64,000 bases of DNA from the human T2T-CHM13v2.0 reference genome, Homo sapiens. Numbering within the stretch: the first letter of the stretch is position 1; every line of letters begins with the position of its first letter. The notes below the pieces were generated by a model. It was given only the letters and a program-made list of their open reading frames with translations. It was not told the DNA's origin and searched no databases. This document shows positions 11,556 through 37,504 of the stretch, in pieces. Location of the stretch: NCBI RefSeq assembly GCF_009914755.1, contig NC_060932.1. One strand, given 5' to 3'. The position numbers were made by a program, and so were the translations under genes.

Positions 11556-12539
11556 AGTCCTCGTGTCCCCTGCGCACAACACAGACAGAAGGCTGGGTCC
11601 ACCCAGTGGGCGGTCGGGTGCCAGGCCAGTGCTTACCCCGCCATGTTTGCAGCCCGAGGCCAGCTGGCTGCAGGTGCAGGACTAGGCGTCAGGGGTCAGG
11701 GTGCACACATCCCTGCAGGTCTCGGGGCTCCTGGGTTGCTTCTGGAAGGGCACAGATGGGGCCTGACTGGAGCTGCCGAGGGGTGGAGCTTCTGGGGAAA
11801 GGATCCCTCCTAGGGGGAGTGTCTTGGGCCTGGGGCCACGTGGCAGGGACAGAGACGGGTCCATGGCAGTGTCTGCTCTTCTCTGTGAAGGCAAAAGGCC
11901 TCTGAGGGAGTATTACAGCCGCCTCATCCACCAGAAGCATTTCCAGCAGATCCAGGTCTGCACCCCCTGACTGCAGGGCCAAGGACTACCCCCGCTTCTA
12001 GGTGAGAGGCCAGCAGGAGGCTCAGGGAGGAGGCGGGGCCTTAAGCAGGGGGAGCAGGGGTGGGCATGATGTACTTTTTCTGAAAAGGTGGCTCTGGAGG
12101 CCACTTGGGGACAGGACCTGGGCTCTGGCTGAACTCCCGGGAGGAGGCTACTTCCTGGTGTGCCAGCCCCTCCCTGCCAGGTCGCCCCAGAGGCCCTTTA
12201 CCAAGGGGTTTGAGGAGGCCACGTCCTTTCAGTCTGCCACGCCCTCCATTCCATCCTCTTCCTTCCTCCAGGAGGGCTGGGCCTGGGTTTGGGGCCACTG
12301 TTGCCCAGGTGGGGGAGGGCAGTGGCTTTGGGAGGAACAGGGACGATGTGTCAAACAGCATCGCCTCTCCCAGTGAGATGGTTCTCCTTTGCCTCCGTCT
12401 CTTTCCCCATTGATTTCTCCAAGTGGGGAGTCATGGCTTGGTCCTGATACGTCTCTAGAGCTGCATCTTCCAGCTTCGAGTGAGCAGAGCAGTTGGAGTC
12501 TGAGGGCCTTTTCCTGGCAGGATTCTCCAGCTAGTCTTT

Positions 12540-12819
12540 GTTTTAGACAGTCTTGCTCCGTTGCCCAGGCTGGAGTGCACGATCTCAGTTCATGCAACCT
12601 CCGCCTCCTGGGTTCAAGCGATTCACCCACCTCAGCCTCCCAAGTAGATTACAGGATTACAGGAGTCCACCACAACAGCTGGCTTATTTTTGTATTTTTA
12701 GTAGAGACAGGGTTTCACCATGTTGTCCAGGCTGGTCTTGAACTCCTGACCTCAAGTGATCCTCTCGCCTTGGCCTCCCTAAGTGCTGGGATTCCAGGCG
12801 TGACCCATCATGCCTGGCC
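12540..12819 (-). mobile_element. Alu SINE
   Basis: Reverse Alu dimer in an ALG1L intron. Confidence 0.9.
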
Positions 12820-12899
12820 CCAGGTAGTCTTTAGAAATGTTAAGCTATTTGGCTTTATTTTCACACTGACAGCTGGTTTGTGGTGGGTGTGTTATGGTT

Positions 12900-13321
12900 T
12901 ATTATTATTATTATTATCATTATTATTATTTTGAGACGGAGTTTCGCTCTTGTAGACCAGGCTGGAGTGCAATGGCGCGATCTTCGCTCACCGCAACCTC
13001 TGCCTTCCCAGGTTCAAGCGATTCTCCTGCCTCAGCCGCCTGAGTAGCTGGGATTACAGGCACATGCCACGGATTAGCATCGCTAATTTTGTATTTATTT
13101 TTAGTAGAGATGGGGATTCACCATGTTGGCCAGGCTGGTCTTGAACTCCTGACCTCAGGTGATCCACCCGCCTTGGCCTCCCAAAATGCTGGGATTACAG
13201 GCGGGAGGTGAACCTGGGAGGTGGAGGTTGCAGGGAGCTGAGATTGTGCCACTGCACTCCAGCCTGGGTGACAGAGTGAGACTCTGTCTCAAAACAAAAC
13301 AAACAACAACAACAAAAAAAC
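12900..13321. mobile_element. Reverse Alu with (ATT)n tail fused directly to a + strand Alu 3' fragment
   Basis: Minus-strand Alu ~12900-13204 is followed at once by GAACCTGGGAGGTGGAGGTTGCAG..CTCAAAACAAAAC on the + strand. Confidence 0.85.
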
Positions 13322-13854
13322 AAATTGTGGTTACGTAGAAGTGTCAACTTACATTTTCAGATGTCCCAGCCAGGCCGTGTGGCTGCTTGGCCAGCTTAAG
13401 CCACTTGTGCTTGGGGCTGTCGGGGGCCTTATCCAATTTTCACTCCCCTCGGGGGATGTTGTCTCACTGTGCTGGGAGGATTTGTGTTCCCAGGGCAGAG
13501 ACCAGCACTCTGCCCCACCCCTCTTGCCTAGCAGGGTTGGTGGACCTGGGTGTCTCTCTGGACACATCCTCCAGTGGCCTGGACCTGCCCATGAAGTTGG
13601 TGGACATGTTCAGGTGCTGTTTGCCTGCGTGTGCCGTGAACTTCAAGTGGTAGGAGCAGAACCCGAATCTTTCTGGGGATAGCTTCACAGATCCACCGCT
13701 GACGGGGAAGCAGTGCAGAGTGAGCTGCCCAAAGTGAGGCCCTGCCCCTTGGTCAGTCCAGCACACACTGGAAGCCACGAGGAGGAGCCCTGCGGTTACT
13801 GTGGCTGGGCTGAGCCTCACTGAAGTAGGTGCTTCCATTTAGAGCTCATGCTAT

Positions 13855-13926
13855 ATTTAGGTTGGTACAAAAGTAATCACGGTTTTTGCCATTAAAACTG
13901 AAAATTACTTTTGCACCAACCCAATA
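13855..13926. mobile_element. MADE1 mariner-derived MITE
   Basis: TTAGGTTGGTACAAAAGTAAT...ATTACTTTTGCACCAACCCAA terminal inverted repeats. Confidence 0.85.
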
Positions 13927-15262
13927 TGAAAAAAAAATAAAGCACCTTAAATACTAGAACTCCACTCGGGGCTTTTGCTCCTAGAGTAGAATTGGCGGGA
14001 AATGCCTGCAGGCTTACATGGTTTTCTTTGTTTTTCTCTCCCACCATGTCCCTTTTGGCCAAGCTCACATGGTGGGTTTGAATGAGTTAAATGAGTGTCA
14101 TGCTGTGGCCTCACTCCACCCAGCATAGACGGGTGTTTGGAAGGGTGGCGTTAGAGGAGATTCTAGAAGCAGTAGCCCCAGCACAAGTTGAGCCCTTGGC
14201 CCCTGCTCAGCAGCCGGCTCCTGGATGGGATTCAGGGATGCGAGCCCCTCGTGTGAGCTGAGCTCAGGGAATGTGGGGATCAAATCTGGTGTCCTAGAAA
14301 AGTCATCTTTTATGTGCTGAACCAGTCCCCAGGGGGTTGCCTTTACTTGTTCCATGGCCATGGAATTAAGAAAAACATGCAAAAGTAATTCTTCAGTACT
14401 TGAAGAGCATCCAGCACAGAAGGTACAAACCTTCCTTAAGGCTCCCTCCTCAAATCGGTTTGGTCATTTTGATGTGCACCCCCCCAGGCCTTTATACCCT
14501 TCAGATGCCAAATCTAAGAACCAGCTCCCAGAAACCACACCCCCTGTTCCAAACCCCAGCCTGGCTTGAGCGTGGGGTGGGTGGGATCCCAGCTGGGCAC
14601 CCCAGGAGTCTGGTGTCTTCCCCAGGCAGCTCTCAGGCTCCCTTGGTTCTGTCTGCAGTTTACATGAGCTGGTGAAACATGTAGAAAATGGCCTGATCTT
14701 TGAGGAGTCAGAGGAACTGGCAGCTCAGCTGCAGGTAGCCATGTCTGCCACCACGCCAGGGTGGGCAGGGTTCTGGAGACTGGCATCGAGCCACGCTCCC
14801 TGATCCCTGCTTCCCACAGCCAGGGTGGGACCATGGGGGGTCTGGTGGAAAAGCTAGTGGGGGAGCAGAAGTCACAGAGGCCTCCTACTCTGCTGTCCCA
14901 TTTCGGTACAGTAGGCTCGGGAAAGTTAGGACACAACCCCACCTGCCCTCTGGATTTATGGAGCTGACACTCCATAAATGATGCTGGAGCCGGGTGGGCC
15001 GGGCTGCAGTTTAGGAAGTGATCGGATCAGGTAGGTGCGTGGGCAAAGGGAACTTCTGGGACCAGCCTTGAAAGATGGGTGGAATTCTGCAAAGGTTACT
15101 TGTTTCTTATTGCAAAAAGTAATACATCATTCTTGTCAACAGAATGATTGGGAGGATTTTCAGTAAATGTCCAGGTCAGAAGTCATTTAGACAGGGTACC
15201 CCAGTCTCTGTCAGAACCATGGTACTCTGTTGTGGTGTGAAAGTAGCCACAGATCATCTGTA

Positions 15263-15358
15263 GATTAAGGGGTGTGGCTTTGTTCCAACAAAGCTTTATT
15301 CACAAACACAGGCTGTGGGCTGGATTTGGCCTGCAGGCTGTAGTTTGTGATCCTTGAT
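15263..15358. mobile_element. MER58-like hAT DNA transposon fragment
   Basis: GGGTGTGGCTTTGTTCCAACAAAGCTTTATT..GGCTGGATTTGGCCTGCAGGCTGTAGTTTG resembles the MER58 end. Confidence 0.65.
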
Positions 15359-16226
15359 TCAGACAGTTTAGCAAGGCTGAAAAGAACACCCACACCCCCT
15401 TGTTACCCACAGATGGGTGGGACTGTGTTGGCCAGAGGCCGAGAGGAGGGTGCTCACAGGGGAACGTACAGCATGTAGAGGCCGGAAGGTGCTCCAGGGC
15501 ACCAAGTGTGGGAAAGTGGGACATACGGGGAAGTTTCCAGAAAGCATGATGTCAAGTTGGAGGTGGAGCGCTGCTGGGTTGTGAAGGGTCTCAAGTCCAA
15601 GTGAGGGAGTTAGGGACTTGGGAGGGGTTGTTGTTGGGTCGGGGACCTGGGGTCAGCCAAGTGGTGACCTGGGATGGGGTGGGGACAGGCAATGAGTTAA
15701 GCTCTGCTCTTTAGCATTTTGCAGATGCTTTTCTCAAACTTTTCTGATCCTGCAGGCAAGCTAAACCAGTTCTGGAAGAACCTGCAAGAGTCTCAGCAGC
15801 TCTGATGGGATGAGAGCTGGGTGCAGACTGTGCTCCCTTTGGTTATGGACACATAACTCCTGGGCCAGAGGCTAAAACCCCAGGGCCCCTGCTGTCCTTC
15901 CCGCAGCTTCTTGGAGTCTCAGGGCAAAGCCTTTCGAGCAGCGCCTCCCAGTGGCCAGAAGCTGAAATGACGGCAGTGGTGTCACCTGGTGAATGACCCG
16001 GGAAGCTGTGGTTGGCCCTGATTTCTTCTTTGGAGTCTCTGAAATGCTTCCTGTCTTCTGTTCTTCATGCCCCATGCCCCTGCTAGCGTATTACTGTTCT
16101 GTGACTTCCCTGTGACCTCTGCAGTACTCCTCATCCTGCATTTGGTCTCCAGGTGTCACCTTTCTGCCGTGTTCCTAACACTTTCATTCCTGTCTTGAAA
16201 AAAGCGCCTGCTGCACCATAAGCCCT

Positions 16227-16434
16227 GGGATGTGGCAGCTGCAGCGGGCTTGGCTTTGTGAGGAACCGAGTGTGTCCAGGGATGTGGCAGCTGCAGCGGG
16301 CTTGGCTTTGTGAGGAACCGAGTGTGTCCAGGGATGTGGCAGCTGCAGCGGGCTTGGCTTTGTGAGGAACCGAGTGTGTCCAGGGATGTGGCAGCTGCAG
16401 CGGGCTTGGCTTTGTGAGGAACCGAGTGTGTCCA
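16227..16434. repeat. 52-bp minisatellite, 4 identical copies
   Basis: GGGATGTGGCAGCTGCAGCGGGCTTGGCTTTGTGAGGAACCGAGTGTGTCCA at 16227, 16279, 16331 and 16383. Confidence 0.97.
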
Positions 16435-16742
16435 CGTTGGGGGAACGTCATCCTTGATACACACGTTTTTATTTGCAGAAAGAAAATGCTATTTTTGGAG
16501 CTAGAATTTTCATGTCTGATTTATGATGATTTTCTTGAGAACCAGAACTGCTGGCAGAAAGGGGGCACCCACACGCCTAGACAGCTAATGTCTTATTAGA
16601 GGGCAGTTTTGATTCCTGATTTGGAGTTTAATAATCTCCAAACATTCCAGTCCAATGAAAGTTTTATCCACTTTCCCATATAAAAATTCTTCCCACGAGA
16701 GTGACTTGATTCTCACAATCCCTTTGGAGTCATGTGTGAGTC

Positions 16743-27200
<10,458 letters not shown>

Positions 27201-29571
27201 AACGTGGGCGAGGCCGCAGCAGTTGCCGGGAGACCTGGAGGAAGCCGGGCCTGGACTGAAGAGGGGGCGGGCCGAGGGCAGAGCGCGGGGGCAGAGAGGG
27301 GGCGGGGCCTGGGGATAGGGTCAGGAGGTGCGTCCTGGGGGCGGACTCTAGGGCGGGGCCAAGATGAGCGTTAGGAGGGCGGGGCCTGGGGTAGGGCCAG
27401 GATAAGCGACATCGGGGCAGGTCCTGGGTAGAGTCCAGGTTGGCGGTTCCTGGGGCAGGGCCAGGATAGGGCGATCCTGGAAGCTGGGCTTCGGAAGCGT
27501 CCAGGTTGGTGGCGTCCTGGAGGCGGTGCCTTGCGTGGGGGCAGGATAAGAGTCCTGGAGGCGGGCATTAGGGCGCGGATAAACGCCATTGGATTCAGGA
27601 GGCGGGACCCAGAGCAGAGCCCAGGAGACAGGTCTTAGGGCGGGGCTAAGGCCAGGCCCAGAGAAGGGCTCAGGAGGCGGGGCAGGGGCGGGGCGTTGAC
27701 TATGTCCTAGCACATGGCCAGGCGGTGCGCGGACTCTGGGAGGCGAAGCTTAGGACGGGCCCACTTGGGGAGGGGCCCAGTGCCCGGGAGGCGGGGCGGA
27801 GTCCGGGCTGGGCTGCGCTCAGGAGGCGGGCCCTGGGAGGCGGAGCTTAGGGAGGGGCCGGTGTTGGGAGGGACCCAGGGACTGGGAGGCCGGTCGGGGC
27901 TGGGCTCAGGGGCCGAGACCTAGCTGGGCTTGGGGCGGGGCCGAGACGGAGCGAGGGGTCCAGGGTGTGGGAAACGGGGAGGGGTTTGAGGAGGGGATCG
28001 GAATGTGGCTCAAGTTCGGGAGGCGTTACCTGCGGAGGGTTTGAGGCAGGCCCAGGAGCGAGCCCATGGTCTTCCGACGCGGGGCCAGGGGCGGGCCCCA
28101 GGATCCGGAGCTTCGTGCGGGGCCGAGTCCAGGTTTGGGGCCCGGGAGGCGGGGCCAGTTAGGGCGAGGGTCCCTGGGATCGTCGGGTCAGGCCTTGGGC
28201 TAACGTAGGCACTCTCGCAGTTCCTCCGCCTTCAGGAAGGTCTTTTCAGCAGGGGCCTTACGGGTGCATGCTTCGGTCCTGGAGGCCTTATCCTAGCCTC
28301 CTCTCCATCAGCGCCACCCGTCTGGGGCCCGAAAGGAGGGAGCTTTCCCTCTGTCCCCCAGCCTTTGGACTGTCAGCAAACAAGCCATTCGTTCATCAAA
28401 TACTTTTTAAGCGCCTACCATGTGCCTGACAAGGGAGATGTAACGGTGAGAAAAACTAGGTGTGGTCCAGGCCCTTCAGGGGCTCAGGTGCTCGTGGAAG
28501 AAGTGGACATTGAAGTACTTATCACACAAATGAGGATAAAAGTACGATAGCGATATCTACCACGAAGGTGAGCAGACAGAGCTAGCGGGGCTTGCAGGAG
28601 GAGTTTTGATCTTGCAGGGACAGGAAGGAGGAGTTAACTCCTGCGGGGTGGGATTGGGGGTGGTGGTGATATAGACGTGGGGACAGAGTGGAAAACAACA
28701 AAAATATAATTATTTTAGTTCAAAGTTATTGTGTCTTGAGTTGAAAGGCAGGGCAGTTAGCAACACAGCTTAGATTTCAGTACTGCCCCTGAAATCTGAA
28801 CTGTGTTCAAAGTCTAAAACGTTTACCTTAGCAAATTCCTCATAAAACTCCATTTGGAAGAGTCCCGAGAGCTAATTTGTTAAGTATACTTGCAAAAGGT
28901 AGATGAGGAGACAGATAAAATCTTATTACCTCTTTCAGATGAGAGGCACTTGAGCCCTGCTCAGCTATGAGAATAAGAGAGGGGAATTAATTCTAATTGA
29001 ATACACTTGTTCTCTTACAGCTGTTGTTCCCCACCAGAACCAAATGAGCGCAAGATCTGACAAAGAAAAAAAAAGGTTCATCTTTTATTCCTCCAAACAC
29101 TTTCATTTAAATCAAGAGGATGGGATGTGGTTATTGCTGTGTTTTTAGACAGAATCAACGGTTTCTGGGTCTGAGATGTTGCATACACCTTCTCAGTCCC
29201 TGTATCCTGAGATGGAGTCACCTGAGAATCCACAGCAAGTCCTAACCAGGGATGGGTCTGGGTGATTAAGGAAGGTTGGCTTCAGAACTGGGCCAGGGGC
29301 ACTGCTTTGCTTTTGCTGTTTTGATCAGCTCTCTGCCTGAAGGAGACAAGAAAAACCAACGGGAACAGGTTAGTTATACTGATAAATCCTGGGCTTATTT
29401 TATTAACTCACATAATAGCTATTGTCTTTCCTCCAAGGAGCAAAAGGGCATATACGGTCAATGCCATAGTAAGTAACACTGTATTATGTTATACTAAAAT
29501 ATTAATAAATCTAGGTTGGTTCAGTCTTTCCTGAGTCCACAGATTGGAAGCAGATTGAGGAAGGACGCTAG

Positions 29572-30292
<721 letters not shown>

Positions 30293-30951
30293 TCACTGAA
30301 GGGATTTTTTTAATGTCACGTGGCTCTCACAGGTGCGGTGTGTTTGGGTGCAAGTGAAGATTACGACTGATGCTTAAAAACAAATGTAAAATTCCAGGTG
30401 GTGTTGCTATGGGGAGCAGCATTAGGACAATCTGAGTGGTTTCAGTTGCAAGAGTGTGCGTGTACGTGCAAGTGCTACAGTCAAGATTCAACTGCTGGCT
30501 TTGAGGGTCTCTTTAAGAACAGTAATGACAACCTAAGGCAGTTTAACAGTATGGAATGGTTACCTTTTAGAAGTTAAGCTATGGGCATGGAAGTTCAATC
30601 AGTGCATTGAAGTTTTTCCTTTATCTCTCCTATGGTTAATGGTTTCTGCAGAAAAGGACCAATTGATTTCTTTCTAAAACGTTGCTTCAGGGTGTAGAGA
30701 CCTTTATAGGTCATGTTTCAACTTACAGAAAATTTTTATAGTTCAAATATAAATTAAGTTCAATGTGGAATTTGTAATAGAATTTCAGGTGAAGTAAAAT
30801 TTCCACTTTCCTTAGGCTGTTTGCAGTGCCCAGCAGGCCCCATGATATCGAGATGGAAGTTCTGTTAAAGGAGGAGATTGATCAGGGATGGGCAGAATAA
30901 GGAATATGGGCAGCTCAGGCTAATGATACAATGATTGAGATGTAGAAAGAG

Positions 30952-31530
30952 GGTCAGGCATGGGATAACGCCTGTAATCCCACTGCCTTGGGAGGCCAAG
31001 ACAAGAGAATCGATTGAGGTCAGACCAGCCTGGTCAACAGAGTGAGACCTAACCTGTACAAAAAAAAAAAAAAAAAAAAAAAATTAGTTGGGCATGATGG
31101 TGTGCACCTGTATTCTCAGCCACTTGGAAGGCTGAGGTCAGGGGATCCCTTGAGCCCAAGAGTTTGAGGCTGCAGTGAGCTATAATCACATAACTGTACT
31201 CCAGCCTGGGTGACAGGGTGAGGCCCTGACTCAAAAAAAAAATTGAGTCAGGGAAAAAATTTGAAATCTTAATCCTCAGTACCCAGGAATGTGACCTTAT
31301 TTGGAAATAGGGTCTTTCTAGATGTAATCAAGTGACAATGAGTCATCCTGGATTGGGGGCTGCTGGTGAGGGGGCAGATACAATGACTGGTGTCCTTATA
31401 AAAGAAGAGAATGAGGGCCGGGCGTGGTGGCTCATGCCTGTAATCTCAGCACACTTTGGGAGGGTGAGGTGGGGGGATCACTTGAAGTCAGGAGTTCGAG
31501 ACCAGCCTGGCCAATAATAACAATAAAAAA
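30952..31530 (+). mobile_element. Alu, MLT1 (MaLR LTR) fragment and Alu left arm
   Basis: Alu ~30952-31242; GAATGTGACCTTATTTGGAAATAGGGTCTTT (MLT1-like) ~31260-31410; Alu monomer ~31415-31530. Confidence 0.75.
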
Positions 31531-32121
31531 GCCTTTTTAGATTCCAAGCCACTGAAAGAAAACTGTCCCTTAGTTAATGTCATGCTTATTGGATCCATGA
31601 AGTCTTTGAAAATTTAAACTACAAGGACACTGCTCTCTGTGGTGGTGGAGAGAATACCAAGGATTTAAAGGTCTTTAAGAAAGAGAATGTAGAAAGCGTA
31701 CCCATTGGAAACAGCACGATGATGATAATCGTACTGACAGTAATAATAAGCTCAAATATATAGAGCTTACTATGTATCATGAATTGTTCTGAATGCTTTA
31801 TAAATATATGTTACCTCCTTTACCCTCATGACAGCCCAGTAAAGGCGCCATTCCCCATTTTACAGCTGGGGAAACTGAGTTACAGAGCTTGTCTGCACTG
31901 AGTCATCAGGAGCAAATGCTAGATCAGGTAATTGAACCCAAGCAATCTGGTTCCAGAGCCAAATAGATGTATTTTTTATGTTATACAAACATATACATAT
32001 ATTTTTAGGGGAAGGGTGGGTGTAGGATGGGATGAGGATTCTGGGTAATTGCTTGGTAAATACCAAATACCTTTCTTGTCTGTCCTTCTTTTCAAATGAT
32101 AAAGTAATGTCAGTTGCAACA

Positions 32122-32942
<821 letters not shown>

Positions 32943-33560
32943 ATGAATGTCCTCATGATGGCCTCAAGCACATTGGTCCCTGAAGAGAGCCAAGGAAGGC
33001 CCACTTTACTCTGCACTGCAAAGCAGGCAGGTGGACAGGATGAGAAGTGGATTCAGTGACAGGCATTGACCCAAAGGATTTTCTGCCTAATGGTCGGTTC
33101 AGCAGAAGATTAAACTGAGCACAGCATCCTGTTCCCTCAAACTGTCTGGTTGGTCAGTGGGAAATGTTCTTGTCTCGTTAAATGTCCTCATGCTACTGTC
33201 AAGATATCCTGTTACAAAACATCATAAACCAGGTTTACAAATAGGCCAGGTGACTGTGGAATTTCTCCTTGGCAAGGCCTTAGCTATGGGCATGCGATTG
33301 GTGTGCAGTAATCACAGTGTTCCGGGCCACTTGAGGGATAAAATATACCTTAGGTGATAAACTGTTGTATTTTAATGTGAATATTTCCACCAACACTAAA
33401 CAGTAACCCCATGAGTTTTCTCATACCTGTTACACTGTGGAGTTGCAACAAGCTAACAAGCAAGTTGCAAACAGAATTATCGCATTTGGCTCTTATTCAC
33501 AGCCAGGGTTCTTCAAGCTGTACCTGGGACAGTCTTCCCTCACATGAGGTTTATAGCATC

Positions 33561-34976
<1,416 letters not shown>

Positions 34977-34977
34977 A

Positions 34978-35174
34978 AGTGCATAATTCAGTGGTTTTTA
35001 ATATATTCTCAGAGTTTTGCAGCCATCATCACCATCAATTTTAGAAATTTTAATTACCCCAGAAGAAACCCTGTATCCATTAGCAGTCACCCCTTATTTC
35101 CCCCTGACTGTCCCCACCCCTGGCTCCTGGCAACCATTAATCTACTTTCTGTTTCTTTGGATTTTCATATTCTG

Positions 35175-35225
<51 letters not shown>

Positions 35226-35490
35226 ATAATATATATATATAATCATCTAATATTTGTCTGGCTTCTCTCACTTAGCCTAATGGTTTCAAGGTGTATCCAG
35301 GTTGTAGCATGAATCAGCCCTTCATTCCATATTGTGGCTGATTAATGTTCCATCACACGGGTGGACTGTACTTGTTTGCTTATTCATCTGTTGTTGATGG
35401 GCATTTGCGTTGTTGCCACCTTTTGATAATTATGAATAGTTTTGCTACGAGCATCTGTGTGTGTCTTTGTATGAACAGACTTGCATATTT
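34978..35490 (-). mobile_element. Old L1 (L1M-type) 3' fragment containing a (TA)n microsatellite at ~35178-35240
   Basis: TCCTGGCAACCATTAATCTACTTTCTGT, TCACTTAGC..GTTGTAGCATG and GATGGGCATTTG are typical antisense L1 3' sequence. Confidence 0.75.
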
Positions 35491-35667
35491 TTTGATATGG
35501 GCAAATGAGAACCAGCAGCAGGGGGCCTCTGTGGTGACATTTTTGGTGATCTTCGTGTCCTCTCTATAATGATCAGCCACTCAGGCTTGGGGGCAGCACT
35601 TAACCTTACATTCTTTCTTTTTTTAAAGATAGGGTCTCTCTCTCTGCCACCCAGGCCAGAGTGCAGT

Positions 35668-37504
35668 TGACGCAGGGCAGGGGAGCCCCGAAGTGGAGCA
35701 TAGTGTGTCCGGAACTGGTGGGTTCTTGGTCTCACTGACTTCAAGAAAGAAGCCGCGGACCCTCGCGGTGAGTGTCACAGTTCTTAAAGGCTGCGTGTCC
35801 AGAGTTTGTTCCTTCTGATGCTCGGATGTGTTCAGAGTTTCTTCCTTCTGGTGGTTTTGTGGTCTCGCTGGCTTCAGGAGTGAAGCTGCAGACCTTCAAG
35901 GTGAGTGTTACAACTCTTAAGGTGGGGCGTCTGGAGTTGTTTGTTCCTCCCGGTGGGTTCATAGTCTCGCTGGCTTCAGGAGTGAAGCTGCAGACCTTCG
36001 AGGTGAGTGTTACAGCTCATAAAGGCAGTGTGGACCCAAAGAGTGAGCAGCAGCAAGATTTATTGCAAAGAGCAAAAGAACAAAGCTTCCACAGTGTGGA
36101 AACGGACCCCAATGGGTTGCCACTGCTGGCTGGGGCAGCCTGCTTTTACTCCCTTCTCTGGCCCCACCCACATCCTGCTGATTGGTCCATTTTACAGTGA
36201 GCCGATTGGTCTGTTTTGACAGGGTGCTGATTGGTACATTTACAATCCCTGAGCTAGACACAAAAGGTCACCAAATCCCTACTAGATTAGCTAGATACAG
36301 AGTGTCGACTGGTGCATTCACAAACCCTGAGCTAGACACAGGGTGCTGATTGGTGTGTTTACAAACCTTGAGCTAGATACAGAGTGACAATTTGTGTATT
36401 TACAATCCCTTAGCTAGACATAAAGGTTCTCAAAGTCCCCACCAGACTCAGGAGCCCAGCTGGCTTCAGCAAGTGGGTCCCACACGGGGGCCGCAGGTGA
36501 GCTGCCTGCCAGTCCCGTGCCCTGTGCTGGCACTCCTCAGCCCTTGTGTGGTCGAAGGGACTGGGTGCCCTGGAGCAGGGGGCTGTGGTCGTCGGGGAGG
36601 CTCGGTACTCATCGGGGAGGCTCAGGTCGCGCAGGAGCCCACGGAGGGTTGGGTGGAGTCTCAGGCATGGCGGGCTGCATGTCCCGAGCCCTGCCCTGCA
36701 GGGAAGCAGCTAAGGCCCAGTGAGAAATTGAGCAAAGCAGCTGCTGGCCCAGGTGCTAAGCCCCTCACTGCCCGGGTCCATCGGGGCCGGTGAGCCACTC
36801 TGAGTGCAGGGCCCAGTGAGCCCATACCCACCCGGAACTCGCACTGGCCCACAAGCGCCGTGCCCAGTCCAAGTTCCTGCCCGCGCCTCTCCCTCTACAC
36901 CTCCCCGCAAACTGAGGGAGCCGCTCCAGCCTCCACCAGCCCAGGAAGGGGCTCCCACAGTGCAGCGGTGCACTGAAGGGCTCCTCAAGTGCCACCAAAG
37001 TGGGAGCCCAGGCAGAGGAGGCGCCGAGAGTGAGCGCGAGGGCTGCTAGCATGCTGTCACCTCTCAATAGCACTTGAGGGTTCTTGTCTTTACCCAGGAA
37101 AGAATTCAAGGGCAAGCCGGAGGTTTAGAAGAAAACAGCTTTATTGAAGAGGCAGCATTACAGCCCTGTGACTGCTCCTGTAGGGCAGGGCTACCCTGGT
37201 GGCAGAGAGTAGCGGCAGAGAGTTTGCAATCACATTTATACTCACTTTTAATTGCATGCAGATTAAAGGGCAGTTTATGCAGGAATTTCTAGAAAATGGG
37301 TAGTAACTTTTGAGTCATTGGGTCATTGCCATGGAAAGGGGCAGTAACTCCCTGGTGTTGCCTTGGCAATAGTAAACTCACATGGCACACTGGTGGGCAT
37401 GTCTGATGGAAAGCTTCTTCTGCCCCAGCCCTGTTTTAGGTAGTCCTTAATTTGGTCTGGTGTCCAAGCCCTGCCTGTGTCGTCAAGTCCTGCCTCCTAT
37501 CTCA
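35668..37504 (-). mobile_element. ERV1-class solo LTR (MER66-like) inserted in an Alu and split by LTR12
   Basis: TG..CA ends; 4-bp TSD CAGT (35664-35667 and 37505-37508); the Alu halves rejoin across it; subfamily name from recall. Confidence 0.7.
35704..37066 (-). mobile_element. LTR12 (HERV9/ERV9) solo LTR
   Basis: Ends TGTGTCCGGAACTGGTGGG and TGCTGTCACCTCTCA; internal GCTGATTGG (CCAAT) / GAGCTAGA repeats; 4-bp TSD ATAG (35700-35703 and 37067-37070). Confidence 0.93.

Larger units (their letters stand above)
11891..15856 (+). pseudogene. ALG1L: ALG1-like duplicated pseudogene (3' exons of the chitobiosyldiphosphodolichol beta-mannosyltransferase ALG1)
   Basis: AG/GT-bounded exons 11891-12001 ([23 protein letters not shown]), 13535-13649 ([23 protein letters not shown]), 14659-14734 ([25 protein letters not shown]) and 15725-15856 (MLFSNF..VQTVLPLVMDT*). 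Premature TGA in the first of these and at 15803; upstream ALG1 exons are absent. Confidence 0.92.

Noticed and set aside
16227-16434. Possible CRISPR-like array
   Set aside because: Head-to-tail identical units with no unique spacers, no cas genes and a primate context; it is a minisatellite.
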